DNA from: an uncultured Pseudomonadota bacterium
Lineage (GTDB): Bacteria; Babelota; Babeliae; Babelales; RVW-14
NCBI GenBank assembly: GCA_964446935.1
Contig: CAYUQI010000007.1
Location: 1 to 54,035, forward strand
Reading direction: 5' to 3'
DNA: 54,035 nt
Shown: in pieces, positions 9,631 to 19,281 of the stretch
Position numbering within the stretch: position 1 is the first letter of the stretch
Layout of the letters: every line of letters begins with the position of its first letter
Made by a program: the position numbers and the translations under genes
The notes under the pieces: generated by a model
Databases searched by the model: none
What the model was told of the DNA's origin: nothing
Seen by the model: only the letters and a program-made list of their open reading frames with translations

Positions 9631-12606
9631 TTATCGGGTAAACCTTGTTCCTCTGTGCTCTCTTGTCGTAGTTGTTGTTTCTGGCTTTTTTCTTGTTTTA
9701 GTTGTAACAGTAGTTGTTTCTTTAACTATTGGTTTTTTTGTAGTTGTGAGTGTTGCTTTCTCGAGTTTATTAATCTCTCTTGTAAGTGGTTGTATCATTT
9801 GATCAAGAATGCGTTCTTTTTGTTGTGTGGTAAGCAATGTGCTTTGATAAGCCTGTTGCAAAAATGATTGCAGCTTTTTCAGTACCGCTATTTCTCCTCG
9901 AGATCTGTCGCGATATATAGTTTCAAGAGCCGCTTTGAATTTGGTGTGTACCGTAGCGTTAAATAATTTATCGGTTGATTCACTTACAATGTTATTAAGT
10001 GCGGCAAGCTTCGCATTATACGTTGACTGACCGAGTGCTTTGGCTAAGGCTTCGATGGTTTGGGTATTGATTGTTGTTTCAACAGTAGTGGGGGTTATTG
10101 GCGGAGTTGTTGTAATTTGGGTAATAACAATATTACTCAATTCAACAGGATTATTCTCATAACAACCAAAACCAACATAGCGAGGCTTGGTAACAATAGC
10201 GTTTGTCCATGTTGCAATTTGGTTTTGCCCTGGCGTTGCACCTCTTCCGTATGATATGGTTTTTCCTTGACGTTGTATCCAATAATCATAAACGTTTGTT
10301 TCATCTGAAAGATGGTCCACTGTTCTAACTTTGTTATCTCCATAAATGTCTGTTTTAATATAGCTACTTCCACTTTCACCAAGAGCCTCAATAAAAGCCT
10401 GCCCGCGTTCTGCCCCAAGACACAGAACAACCCCGGTATTTGGAGTATAGCTCAACTTTGGTGACAAAATGATCCAGAGTTCTTTAGTAATTACGTTTGG
10501 TACATAAGCTTTGAAAGTAAGTGAAAAATCGCCAGCTCCCAATGCCCAATTTTTATGGAAGGTTGTGTTTTTATCGATGGTGTTGGCTGCTTTGCCGAGT
10601 AGCTTAAAGGTGGATCCACCAGGTGGGGTTGCGGTGTCGTAGACGTTTGTAGAAGAAGGGAGCTCTGTTGTTGGTGTTGAGGGTTGGGTAATTGTGATAT
10701 TAGATAATGTCACAGGAATTGCTTGATAACCACCAAATCCAAAATAGAGTTGCGAATTGACCAAAACATCGGTCCATTCTAGGAGTTTGTTTTGACCTTG
10801 CGTTGCGCTTTTGCCGTAGGAAATGGTTCCGTTCTCAAGTTTGATCCAGTAAGCGTCTCCTGCTGTGATTTTGTCTGCGACACTAACTTTATTTGCTCCG
10901 TAAATATCAGTTCTAAAATAGGTTTGAGCATTATTGTTGCCACCAATGCCGAGCGCAATTGATTTACCCACCTCGTATTTTGCAGATGGCCCAAAGATAA
11001 CCCATGCATCTTGTGCTGCTGTTATTTTAAATTGTAGGATTCCTTTACCAGCGGATGTAAGTTTCCAGTTTGTATGAAAAGTTGTATTTTGATCAATGGT
11101 GTTGCCTGCAAGCCCTGTGACTTTGAACGTTGATCCGCCGGGTGGAGTGCTTGCATCGTAGATGGTTGTTATTGGCAATGCTTCGATTGTAATGTTTTTG
11201 TATTCTACAGAAGAGCTGCCATACCCTCCCAAACCAATATATTGAGCTGCTAATGGGGAAGGGTCTGTGTAGGTCATAAATTGATTTTGTCCGACAATCG
11301 TTCCGGTTCCCATAGACATGGTACCGCCATCAATTTTGAGCCAATATGGTCGATCTTCAGCTGCATTAAGTTGAGCAGCTGTTCCAGCAATATTAGCTGA
11401 TGTTTTGTTGTACGTACCATCGGCAGTAAGTATTCTACGGATGTAGCCAATGCTACAATTGCTGTAGCCTAACCCAAAGTAATAAATGTCGCCACTGCTT
11501 GCTTTGCTTGGGGCCAGCGCAACAGCAAGATTATTAGCCCCTTTGGCGGTGAATTTAATAATACCTTTTCCTATGGCTGGAAGTTTCCATGCATCAGCAA
11601 ACGATATTGAAAACCCTGTTTGATTTCCTGGATAGGTATAGGATGAACCGCCCGGTTGGGTTGCAGCAGCTACAGTTGTTGTGGATGCATACCAAATGGT
11701 GTTGTCTGTTGCCAATGCCCACACCTGTCCATTGTGACCTCCTTCAACAATCATGAGTGCTTTAGGCGTGTTAACTGTAACCCACGTATTGTTTTGTCGT
11801 GCATAAAGGTTGCCGGTGGTACTTACCGCCCACACGGAGCCGTCGTGCCCAATTGAAACATGAATAAACGTTTCCGGAGTATTGCCCCATCCGTAACTTG
11901 TTCCTTTTGGGGTTGCCGTTGTTATCCCATTTACCCAATAGGTAATATTATCGTTACCAATTCCCCATACGGCACCGTCCTTGCCAACAGAAATTTGTTT
12001 TAGCAAACCGCCATAGGCAGATGATGTTATGCTGAACCATGTATTATTTTCCCAAAAATAAACAGAGCCATTGGTTTTTATTGCCCATACGTTTCCATTG
12101 GAGCCTACGCCAACATCTTTAAAATCAGATCCAAGTGTTGTCCAGTTTGCGCCTGTATCTGTTGAGCGAAAAATATTTCCAACATTATTGACGCCCCATA
12201 GGACCCCGTCTTTACCGATTGCAATCTTTGAGAGTCCTCCATTCAGTTGTGTCCAGTTTATTGCTTTGTAATTTGATGCGGTTATCCCATTGCCCCACCA
12301 AATGCCTTGTGTGCTGCTATTAGTATGAATTACTTGTCCACTTGGGCCAACAGCAATGTCTGTTCCACCGCCTTGAACTTGTTCCCATGCGAGGGTTATT
12401 GTTGTTGGTACTGTTAGCTCTGTTTGGCGAGCCACTGTAGCTGAAGTAACATCAATAATCGATGAAGGGGCTGCAGCTGCAGACTCTGCGGTCTCAGCGG
12501 CTATCGGTGAAGGGGCTGTGGCAACTGCTTGAATTTGGTTTGGACATAAAACTGCTACACAGGGTATGAGCATTAAATAAAAATATTGTGTTTTAAGGCA
12601 TCGCAT
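9631..12606 (-). CDS. Secreted mosaic protein: tectonin propeller + 3 FAMeT-like domains + helical repeat
   Basis: Signal peptide; tectonin repeats (IAVGPSGQV, IAIGKDGVLWGVN, ISVGKDGAVWGI); three PGG...WKL...GKG.I.F...GQN...Y.GFGGY modules; C-terminal copy of the 8358-type repeat. Start moved from 12630. Confidence 0.82.
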   Translation of the reverse strand: MRCLKTQYFYLMLIPCVAVLCPNQIQAVATAPSPIAAETAESAAAAPSSIIDVTSATVARQTELTVPTTITLAWEQVQGGGTDIAVGPSGQVIHTNSSTQGIWWGNGITASNYKAINWTQLNGGLSKIAIGKDGVLWGVNNVGNIFRSTDTGANWTTLGSDFKDVGVGSNGNVWAIKTNGSVYFWENNTWFSITSSAYGGLLKQISVGKDGAVWGIGNDNITYWVNGITTATPKGTSYGWGNTPETFIHVSIGHDGSVWAVSTTGNLYARQNNTWVTVNTPKALMIVEGGHNGQVWALATDNTIWYASTTTVAAATQPGGSSYTYPGNQTGFSISFADAWKLPAIGKGIIKFTAKGANNLAVALAPSKASSGDIYYFGLGYSNCSIGYIRRILTADGTYNKTSANIAGTAAQLNAAEDRPYWLKIDGGTMSMGTGTIVGQNQFMTYTDPSPLAAQYIGLGGYGSSSVEYKNITIEALPITTIYDASTPPGGSTFKVTGLAGNTIDQNTTFHTNWKLTSAGKGILQFKITAAQDAWVIFGPSAKYEVGKSIALGIGGNNNAQTYFRTDIYGANKVSVADKITAGDAYWIKLENGTISYGKSATQGQNKLLEWTDVLVNSQLYFGFGGYQAIPVTLSNITITQPSTPTTELPSSTNVYDTATPPGGSTFKLLGKAANTIDKNTTFHKNWALGAGDFSLTFKAYVPNVITKELWIILSPKLSYTPNTGVVLCLGAERGQAFIEALGESGSSYIKTDIYGDNKVRTVDHLSDETNVYDYWIQRQGKTISYGRGATPGQNQIATWTNAIVTKPRYVGFGCYENNPVELSNIVITQITTTPPITPTTVETTINTQTIEALAKALGQSTYNAKLAALNNIVSESTDKLFNATVHTKFKAALETIYRDRSRGEIAVLKKLQSFLQQAYQSTLLTTQQKERILDQMIQPLTREINKLEKATLTTTKKPIVKETTTVTTKTRKKPETTTTTREHRGTRFTR

Positions 12607-12710
12607 GTAACGAATCCTTTCCCTTTGCATTATTAAAATACTGAGGACGTTTAATTCAAGAAAAATTTTTTATTTTTATTAAACGCCTTAAAACCCCTTT
12701 CATGTGATAA

Positions 12711-14003
12711 TTATTTAATAAGTGCTTCTTTTTTTAAATATTTTTTTTGTGCAACCGGTTTTTTACTGGCTTTTTCATGAGTGACAGTTGCTTGATAACC
12801 AGCGGAGGACTTTGGTTTTGTTTGCATGAGTGCTGGGATGTATTTTGTTTTGATGATATTTCTTTGATCTTTATTGAGTAAAGAACTTTGCATGATTGAT
12901 TTAAAGAAGATCCTGAGCTTATCAAGTTTTGCTGATGTCAGTGATGCTCGTGCGTTGTAAAGTGTTGTAATTGCTTGTGCAAAAGCAGTGTTGACATCGT
13001 TGCTGAATGTTTTTCCTGTTGATTTTTGCTGTATAGCAGAAAGAGCTGCAAATTTTTGGGCATATGGTTTAGTGATTGCTTCATTAATTTCGGTGATGAG
13101 GATTTGTTCGGATGTGAGTACCGGGGTGATTGATGCTGCCGTTGTTGGCGTCGTAGTGTCAGGTATGGTAGTTGATGGAGTTGTTGTTGTAGTGTCAGGG
13201 GTGGTGGTTGTTGGAGTTGTTGTTACTGAAGGGGCGGTTATTGTTGCAAAAGTGATGTTTGCAAATTCTGCTTTGATATTTTGGTAGCATCCAAATCCTA
13301 CATACAGGAGTGATGGGATAATTGATTGGTTGGTCAATTCCATAAGCTTGTTTTGTCCAGGTGTTGAACCTTTGCCATAAGAAATTTTTCCATCTTGCAC
13401 TTCTATCCAGTAGCTGTCCCATGTGGCACTGTTTCCCTCTTGTCCTTGTTGTATTGTATCAATGCAATAAGCAAGGTCATCACCGTCGACTATATTTGTT
13501 CGAAAAAATGATACAGCATTGCCGTAACCACCGATACAAACACCTATAGACTTGTCTTTTTCGTATGCAGCTTTAGGTGATAACACAATCCATGCTGATT
13601 GTTGTGTATTGACTTTAAATGTGACAATACCCTTGCCGATTGTTGGCAATTTCCATGCTGCATTAAAAGTGAGGTTTTGTATGTTGGTATTTGTTGCTTT
13701 GCCAAGGACGATAAACGATGAACCACCTGGAGGTGTTGATGTATCATAGGGGACGATGAGTGATGCTCGTTGTTGGTTGACAATGGTTTGATAGGTAGTA
13801 ATGGCCGTGCGTTCATCTGAACTCAAAAGGTCTCTGGAAAGTACTGTGGTAAAAAGTGATGAGAGATCATCAAGTGTTTCGGCTGTTTTTTGATTGTAAA
13901 GTGTATTGAGTGCATCATAAATGACATTGGTTTGGGGGAATGCTGTAAAAAAGCAAAACAGTATACAAAAAAATATCATAGGTAGCTTGGATATGGCCTT
14001 CAT
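12711..14003 (-). CDS. Secreted mosaic protein: helical N-module + FAMeT-like domain + Thr/Pro linker + helical repeat
   Basis: RBS AGGAG before MKAISKLP; YDTSTPPGG module; TTPTTTTPDTTTTTPSTT linker; C-terminal helical repeat. Confidence 0.8.
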   Translation of the reverse strand: MKAISKLPMIFFCILFCFFTAFPQTNVIYDALNTLYNQKTAETLDDLSSLFTTVLSRDLLSSDERTAITTYQTIVNQQRASLIVPYDTSTPPGGSSFIVLGKATNTNIQNLTFNAAWKLPTIGKGIVTFKVNTQQSAWIVLSPKAAYEKDKSIGVCIGGYGNAVSFFRTNIVDGDDLAYCIDTIQQGQEGNSATWDSYWIEVQDGKISYGKGSTPGQNKLMELTNQSIIPSLLYVGFGCYQNIKAEFANITFATITAPSVTTTPTTTTPDTTTTTPSTTIPDTTTPTTAASITPVLTSEQILITEINEAITKPYAQKFAALSAIQQKSTGKTFSNDVNTAFAQAITTLYNARASLTSAKLDKLRIFFKSIMQSSLLNKDQRNIIKTKYIPALMQTKPKSSAGYQATVTHEKASKKPVAQKKYLKKEALIK

Positions 14004-14065
14004 AACGTCTCCTCTAAAAGTGTCTGTAGGCTTTCGCATCCCGAATAATGAAGATTGCCAAATAC

Positions 14066-16267
14066 TTATGCAGCAGGAGTAGCTTTTTTACCAGTGAGAT
14101 GTTCATAGGTAAAATTTAAGGTACCGCCAAGCAACGTTCTTAATTCTGATACGGTTTTGTTTTTGATGCTATCAACAAACGTCTGTGCGTCAGCATGTTT
14201 GGTAAATGTAGTGAGTAAACTGGTAAGGGTAGTATTGTTTTTGAGGTAACTTGTTTTAGCAGCGTTATCAAAAAGCGTTTTGATTTGTCCGAGAACGGTT
14301 GATCCCTTATTAAAATTATTGGTGACGAGTGTTTGAATTTTTGTTACAAGGGACGTTACGTTCACTGTTGTTTGATTGATAAATGATTGATTTGTTAATA
14401 CAGCATTAATTTGACTTAATGCTGTGTTGAAGTTAGTTGTTGGATCGGGGATTGCTTCTACTGCTGTTTGAAATTGCGCAACAATTAATGCTGATAAATT
14501 TTCAATAGTAATGTTTTTGTATTCTACGGATGAACCAAAATAACCGCCAAAACCAATATATTGAACAGCTAACGGGGAAGCGTCTGTATAGGCCATGATT
14601 TGATTTTGTCCGACAACAGTGCCGGTACCCATAGCCATTGCGCCTCCATCAATTTTGATCCAATAAGGGCGATCTTCAGCGGTATTAAGTTGAGCAGCTG
14701 TTCCGGCAATAGTGGCGGATGTTGTGTTGTAAGTACCATCGTCAGTAAGTATTCTACGGATATAGCCAACACTACAATTGTCGTATCCTAATCCAAAATA
14801 GTAAAGGTTGCCACGGCTTGCCTTGCTTGGGGCAAGAGTAACAGCAAGGTTATTAGCTCCTTTAGCAGTAAATTTGATAATACCTTTTCCTGTGACTGGA
14901 AGTTTCCATGCATCGGCAAAAGACATAGAAAAGGCAGATGCATCTCCTGGATAGGTGAAGGTTGTACCACCTGGTATGAATGATTCAGGAACACTTTCAA
15001 ATGAAATATTTTGATATGCTGCTGGCGATTGCTCATAACCACCAAAACCAACATATTGGACCGTTGCCAATGGTGATGGATCGTTATACACCAGAAATTG
15101 GTTTTTTCCGGCAACCGTACCGGTACCCATAGTAACACGACCATTGTTGATCCTGATCCAATAATTGACGTATTGATTGGCGTTAAGTTTTTGCGCATCC
15201 GTTAAATTAAATTCTGCGACATTGTCTGTTGTGGCAGATGAAAGCTTTCTACGAATGACTGCTTTGGTATTGGTGTAACCGATACCCACAAAATAGAGAT
15301 CCCCTGTGGTTGCTGCGGAAGGAGCTATGACAAGACCGAAGTCACTGGCTGCGCGTACTTGAAATTTAATAACCCCATATCCGACCTTTGGTAGTTTCCA
15401 TGTTGTTGAGGCAAATTCAATGCCAATGGTTCCTGTTGCTGCTTCTTTAGGATAAACATACGTTACGCCTCCTGGTTGCATTCTTCCATAATAAATGTTT
15501 CTGTTTGTTCCTATTGCCCAGACTTGGCCATTATGGCTTCCTTTAACAACTTTGAGTGCCACCGGAATATTTACATTTACCCACGTCGTATTGTTTTGCC
15601 AAAAATAAAGTTTTCCCGAAGTGCCAATAGCCCATACGCATCCATCGTGACCTGCTGATATATAATTAAAGGGTTCGGGACTGCCGGGATTTATGTGCGT
15701 CCAAGAACTTCCCTCGCCAGGGGTTCCAACGCGTATGTAGGCCTGTCCATTTGCATTCACTCCAACAACCATATCATTTTTGCCTACTGAAATTTGCTTT
15801 AACGCTCCATCGATTTGATACCACCCATATCCTGATTTATTGATAAAAATGTTTCCACTACTTTGAACGCCCCACACATTTCCATTTGGACCAACGGCAA
15901 CATCAACAAGGGTTCCACCAACCTTTGTCCAGGCTGCTCCATAGGTTGTTGTGTACCAAATTTCACTTGCTGAATTGACGCCCCAGATAATACCGTTCAA
16001 ACCAATAGAAGCTTCACTAAGTCCTCCATTCAGTTGCGTCCACCCTATTGGTTTGTAATTAGTTGCGCTAATTCCATTTCCCCAAAAAATACCCTGAGAT
16101 TCAGCATTAACATGTATAACTTGTCCACTTGGTCCGACGGCGACGTTATCCCCATAGCCAGATATTGATTCCCACTTGATGGACATGGTGCGTGCAGACT
16201 GAAAAACAAGAGACAGAAGACAGGGTACGATTAATGAACGTAACTTCTTTATGTGAATGGTTACCAT
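14066..16267 (-). CDS. Secreted mosaic protein: tectonin propeller + 2 FAMeT-like domains + helical C-module
   Basis: Start moved to MVTIHIKK (RBS AAGGA). Tectonin repeats; two FAMeT-like modules; C-terminus (…LTGKKATPAA) is homologous to 16430..17209. Confidence 0.82.
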   Translation of the reverse strand: MVTIHIKKLRSLIVPCLLSLVFQSARTMSIKWESISGYGDNVAVGPSGQVIHVNAESQGIFWGNGISATNYKPIGWTQLNGGLSEASIGLNGIIWGVNSASEIWYTTTYGAAWTKVGGTLVDVAVGPNGNVWGVQSSGNIFINKSGYGWYQIDGALKQISVGKNDMVVGVNANGQAYIRVGTPGEGSSWTHINPGSPEPFNYISAGHDGCVWAIGTSGKLYFWQNNTTWVNVNIPVALKVVKGSHNGQVWAIGTNRNIYYGRMQPGGVTYVYPKEAATGTIGIEFASTTWKLPKVGYGVIKFQVRAASDFGLVIAPSAATTGDLYFVGIGYTNTKAVIRRKLSSATTDNVAEFNLTDAQKLNANQYVNYWIRINNGRVTMGTGTVAGKNQFLVYNDPSPLATVQYVGFGGYEQSPAAYQNISFESVPESFIPGGTTFTYPGDASAFSMSFADAWKLPVTGKGIIKFTAKGANNLAVTLAPSKASRGNLYYFGLGYDNCSVGYIRRILTDDGTYNTTSATIAGTAAQLNTAEDRPYWIKIDGGAMAMGTGTVVGQNQIMAYTDASPLAVQYIGFGGYFGSSVEYKNITIENLSALIVAQFQTAVEAIPDPTTNFNTALSQINAVLTNQSFINQTTVNVTSLVTKIQTLVTNNFNKGSTVLGQIKTLFDNAAKTSYLKNNTTLTSLLTTFTKHADAQTFVDSIKNKTVSELRTLLGGTLNFTYEHLTGKKATPAA

Positions 16268-16369
16268 AATGATATCCTTTACTCCAAAAAATAAACTTAT
16301 TGCTTTCATGATACCTGGGTGCTGTGTCCAAAAGCAAATAACAATTGATTTAAGAGATTTTGTGTGGGT

Positions 16370-16402
16370 AAGAATAAAAGAGGGCGCTGAATTTCAGCGC
16401 CC
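16370..16402 (-). terminator. Intrinsic terminator after 16430..17209
   Basis: GGGCGCTGAA-t-TTCAGCGCCC hairpin with a U-rich tract on the minus strand. Confidence 0.75.
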
Positions 16403-16429
16403 AGAATATTTAAAATTGGATACTTTTTA

Positions 16430-17209
16430 TTAGGCCCCAGGGGTTGCAATGGCTTTTTTACCTTTGAGACTATCAAGTGTGACGTTGGTAGTTGCACTAA
16501 GGAGGGCTCTTACCCCTTTAATTTTATCAATAAGTGTTGGTTTAGAATTCTCAACGGCAAGTTTATCAACAAAATCTTGCGCATTATAGTCATTATTGAC
16601 GGCTGCAAGGAGTGTATTGAGTTCACCCTTGGCTGTCGCATCAAGATAGGTAATTTTTGCATCGACCGCATTGGTAAGGAGTGTTTTTAATTGATTAAGA
16701 ACGACCGTGCTTTTTCCGGCCCGATTATTAGCAATGTTTTTGATTTTGGTAGCAAGCGTAGCGCCATCGGCTGAGCCTGTTAAATTTGCTTGATTTTGGA
16801 ACGCCGTATTTCCCAGCAAGGTAGTTACTTCTGTCATTGCTGTGGTAAAGCCGGCAGCTGTTGCAGGGTCTGCCGTCAGTGCTGCAATTGCGGTTTTAAA
16901 TTGCGTTCCGATTTGAGCTGTTGCAAGCTCATTATCTACGGTCGTTTTATAGCCAGTCAATGTTGTCTGTTGCGTAGCATCAAAAAGAACTTTTTTTGCT
17001 TCTGTAAGAGCATCGGAAAGCAAACCAGAAAGTTCAGTAAGGTTAGCTACTTCTGTTCCTCTGCCGCTATACAGCGTTGTAATTTGATCAAATAGTGCAT
17101 TGTCAGTTGGGAGTGTTGCTGGAGCGGTTGCTTCTACAGCCATAATTGAGGTCCCATAACCAATTATTGCCAAGAATACTAAAAATTTTGCACGCAATGC
17201 GCTAGACAT
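16430..17209 (-). CDS. Secreted Ala/Thr-rich helical protein (helical modules only)
   Basis: RBS AAGGA; signal peptide; N-module NALFDQITTLYSGR...LTELSGLL; C-module ending LKGKKAIATPGA. Confidence 0.8.
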   Translation of the reverse strand: MSSALRAKFLVFLAIIGYGTSIMAVEATAPATLPTDNALFDQITTLYSGRGTEVANLTELSGLLSDALTEAKKVLFDATQQTTLTGYKTTVDNELATAQIGTQFKTAIAALTADPATAAGFTTAMTEVTTLLGNTAFQNQANLTGSADGATLATKIKNIANNRAGKSTVVLNQLKTLLTNAVDAKITYLDATAKGELNTLLAAVNNDYNAQDFVDKLAVENSKPTLIDKIKGVRALLSATTNVTLDSLKGKKAIATPGA

Positions 17210-17380
17210 AAAAATCCTTCCCTTTTTGGAATTGTTTATTTTTTCTATTATTAAATTAACACACTGGGGTTTCTCAAATCAATAAAATCAAAGAGAAAAT
17301 AAAGAATAACACTATTTTTTATCAAAAAAGGTTCATTTTTGAGATAAAAAATAGTGTTTGTGCTTCTTGGGAGGCGTGGG

Positions 17381-18850
17381 TTACAACACCTCTGCTGCCA
17401 GTTTTGCCAGTTCACTTCGTTCACTTGTTTCTAAAAATACCGATCCGAAGAGTGGGGATTCTTTTAATTTTTCAGTTGTTACGGTTAATCCATTACTACT
17501 AAAGTCCAGATATGGGGAATCGATTTGATAAGGATCGCCTGCTAAAATAACCTTTGTGCCTTCACCGGCGCGACTGACAATTGTTTTTACTTCGTGAGGT
17601 GTAAGGTTCTGTACTTCATCAATAAAAACGAATTGAAATGGAATTGATCGGCCACGCATGTAGGTGATGGCCTCAAGGCTGATAATGCCCTGTTGCTGAA
17701 GCCGTTCTACAATATGTGTCTCGCCACGATGCATGCGTTGTTGCTGTTGTTCAATCTCTTCCATTTGTTGTTGATGATGTCTTCCTCGTTTTTCTCTCTT
17801 TTTTCCAAAGCCAAGATATTCTTCAGTGCCCCGAAGCATTTGGCTTGAAATGAATTCAAGATTATCGTGGACCGGCTGCATCCAATAATGAAGTTTTTCC
17901 TGAATATCGCCCGGTAAGTATCCAATGTCAGCACCAAGCGCGACCACTGGGCGTGCGACGAGTAATTTGCGATATGTATGTTCGTACGCAACCTTATAGA
18001 GACCTGCAAGTAATGCTAGAAACGTTTTACCGGTACCAGCTGGTCCAACAAGGGAGATAAGTTTGACATTATCATCCATTAAAAGATCGAGCGACATAAG
18101 TTGTTGCGGATTTTTTGCGCCAAAGATGTGCAGGAGGGTGATTGGTTCAACTTCTTTAAAGTGGCCATCCCTCAAATGCCGGAACAAGCGAAAACCTTGT
18201 TGCTTATTTTCACTTTCAAGTAATAGGAATTGATTAGGCCATAAACGTTTGTCTTTGAGCATTGCTGGAATTTTGTCCGGTGTTGTTGAGAATAAGTCTC
18301 GTGAGGGGAGTTGCAATCGAACCCACCCCTTGTAAAAACTATCATAGAGTACGGTACCTTTAAGATAGTCTTCGGCTTCAAGCCCAAGGGCATCTGCTTT
18401 GATGCGAACGTTGATATCTTTGGTAACCAGCGTAACTTTGTTGCCTTCTTTCATTAAGTTATCAACGGTTTGTAAAATGACATTATCTTTAACATCATGA
18501 ATGCTACGGCTTAAAAGTGAGGGAAGGGTGATTTCGGGTGGGGTTCTGTACACTTTGAGAATTGAGCCTTCAGTATCATGTTCAAGAGGAACGCCGTCTG
18601 CTAAGTGTCCCTTTCTTCGTAATGCATCAAGATGACGAATTGCTTCGCGAACATTGTGTCCCTTTTCGCCGCCCTCCTTTTTAAACGTATCAAGTTCCTC
18701 AAGGACAATGAAGGGGATTCCGATAACAACCCCTTTAAATGAAAAAAGGGAATTTACGTCGTGAATTAAGACGTTGGTGTCAAGAATGAAAATACGATTG
18801 GCTCGGAACCCTACATTTTTTGGTTGCTCTTGGTTTTTTGATTCTTCCAT
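17381..18850 (-). CDS. PhoH-family protein (PIN domain + PhoH ATPase, PhoH2/YlaK type)
   Basis: FILDTNVLIHD, VKDNVIL, TKDINVRIKA (PIN); GPAGTGKTFLA, YMRGRS, IDEVQNLT, GDPYQID (PhoH). Start moved to MEESKNQ after GGAGGAG. Confidence 0.93.
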   Translation of the reverse strand: MEESKNQEQPKNVGFRANRIFILDTNVLIHDVNSLFSFKGVVIGIPFIVLEELDTFKKEGGEKGHNVREAIRHLDALRRKGHLADGVPLEHDTEGSILKVYRTPPEITLPSLLSRSIHDVKDNVILQTVDNLMKEGNKVTLVTKDINVRIKADALGLEAEDYLKGTVLYDSFYKGWVRLQLPSRDLFSTTPDKIPAMLKDKRLWPNQFLLLESENKQQGFRLFRHLRDGHFKEVEPITLLHIFGAKNPQQLMSLDLLMDDNVKLISLVGPAGTGKTFLALLAGLYKVAYEHTYRKLLVARPVVALGADIGYLPGDIQEKLHYWMQPVHDNLEFISSQMLRGTEEYLGFGKKREKRGRHHQQQMEEIEQQQQRMHRGETHIVERLQQQGIISLEAITYMRGRSIPFQFVFIDEVQNLTPHEVKTIVSRAGEGTKVILAGDPYQIDSPYLDFSSNGLTVTTEKLKESPLFGSVFLETSERSELAKLAAEVL

Positions 18851-18895
18851 TGCTCCTCCTTGTACTTGTATCATTATGTGTATAAGGGGTATGCC

Positions 18896-18980
18896 TTTTT
18901 GTCATCCTGAATTTATTTCAGGATCCATTCTTACAGTTTGTCGAAACGTGGATGCTGAAACGAGTTCAGCATGACAAAAA
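18896..18980. repeat. REP/RPE-like bipartite palindromic element
   Basis: TTTTTGTCATCCTGAATTTATTTCAGGATC...GATGCTGAAACGAGTTCAGCATGACAAAAA: two hairpins, with terminal inverted repeats matching 15/16. Confidence 0.8.
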
Positions 18981-19152
18981 GTTGAACCCTACCTTCTCAT
19001 GCTTTATTTGTCGGTTCATAGCCTATCATTTCGTATCTTGTGTGTGCAAGAAATATGAGCTTTTGTTGATAAATTTATTGGGTCGGTTGATTAGTTGCCT
19101 GCTTTTGTTATAGTGTCCTTATGTTTGTTGTATTTACTCAAAGGAGCCTGAC

Positions 19153-19248
19153 ATGGCCTATGGCAATCATGCCTATATAATTCAAAATTGTTCTCTCTTT
19201 CAGAACTCCTTGATCAATCGAACTACAACGGCCGGCAAGGCCTTGTAA
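19153..19248 (+). CDS. Small ORF (31 aa) MAYGNHAYIIQNCSLFQNSLINRTTTAGKAL; candidate leader peptide
   Basis: Strong RBS AAGGAG; promoter-like TTGATT-16-TATAGT upstream; below the ORF track cutoff. Confidence 0.35.
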   Translation: MAYGNHAYIIQNCSLFQNSLINRTTTAGKAL

Positions 19249-19281
19249 TCATATTTATTTCTAAAAAATATCTTTTTTGTT

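Noticed and set aside
13130-13240. Short tandem repeats resembling an array
   Set aside because: Coding Thr/Pro linker within 12711..14003; no constant repeat with unique spacers. No CRISPR array anywhere in the window.
3728-16267. Calling the FAMeT-like domains methyltransferases
   Set aside because: No SAM-binding glycine motif or Rossmann pattern; the proteins are secreted and multi-copy; the family name does not establish activity.
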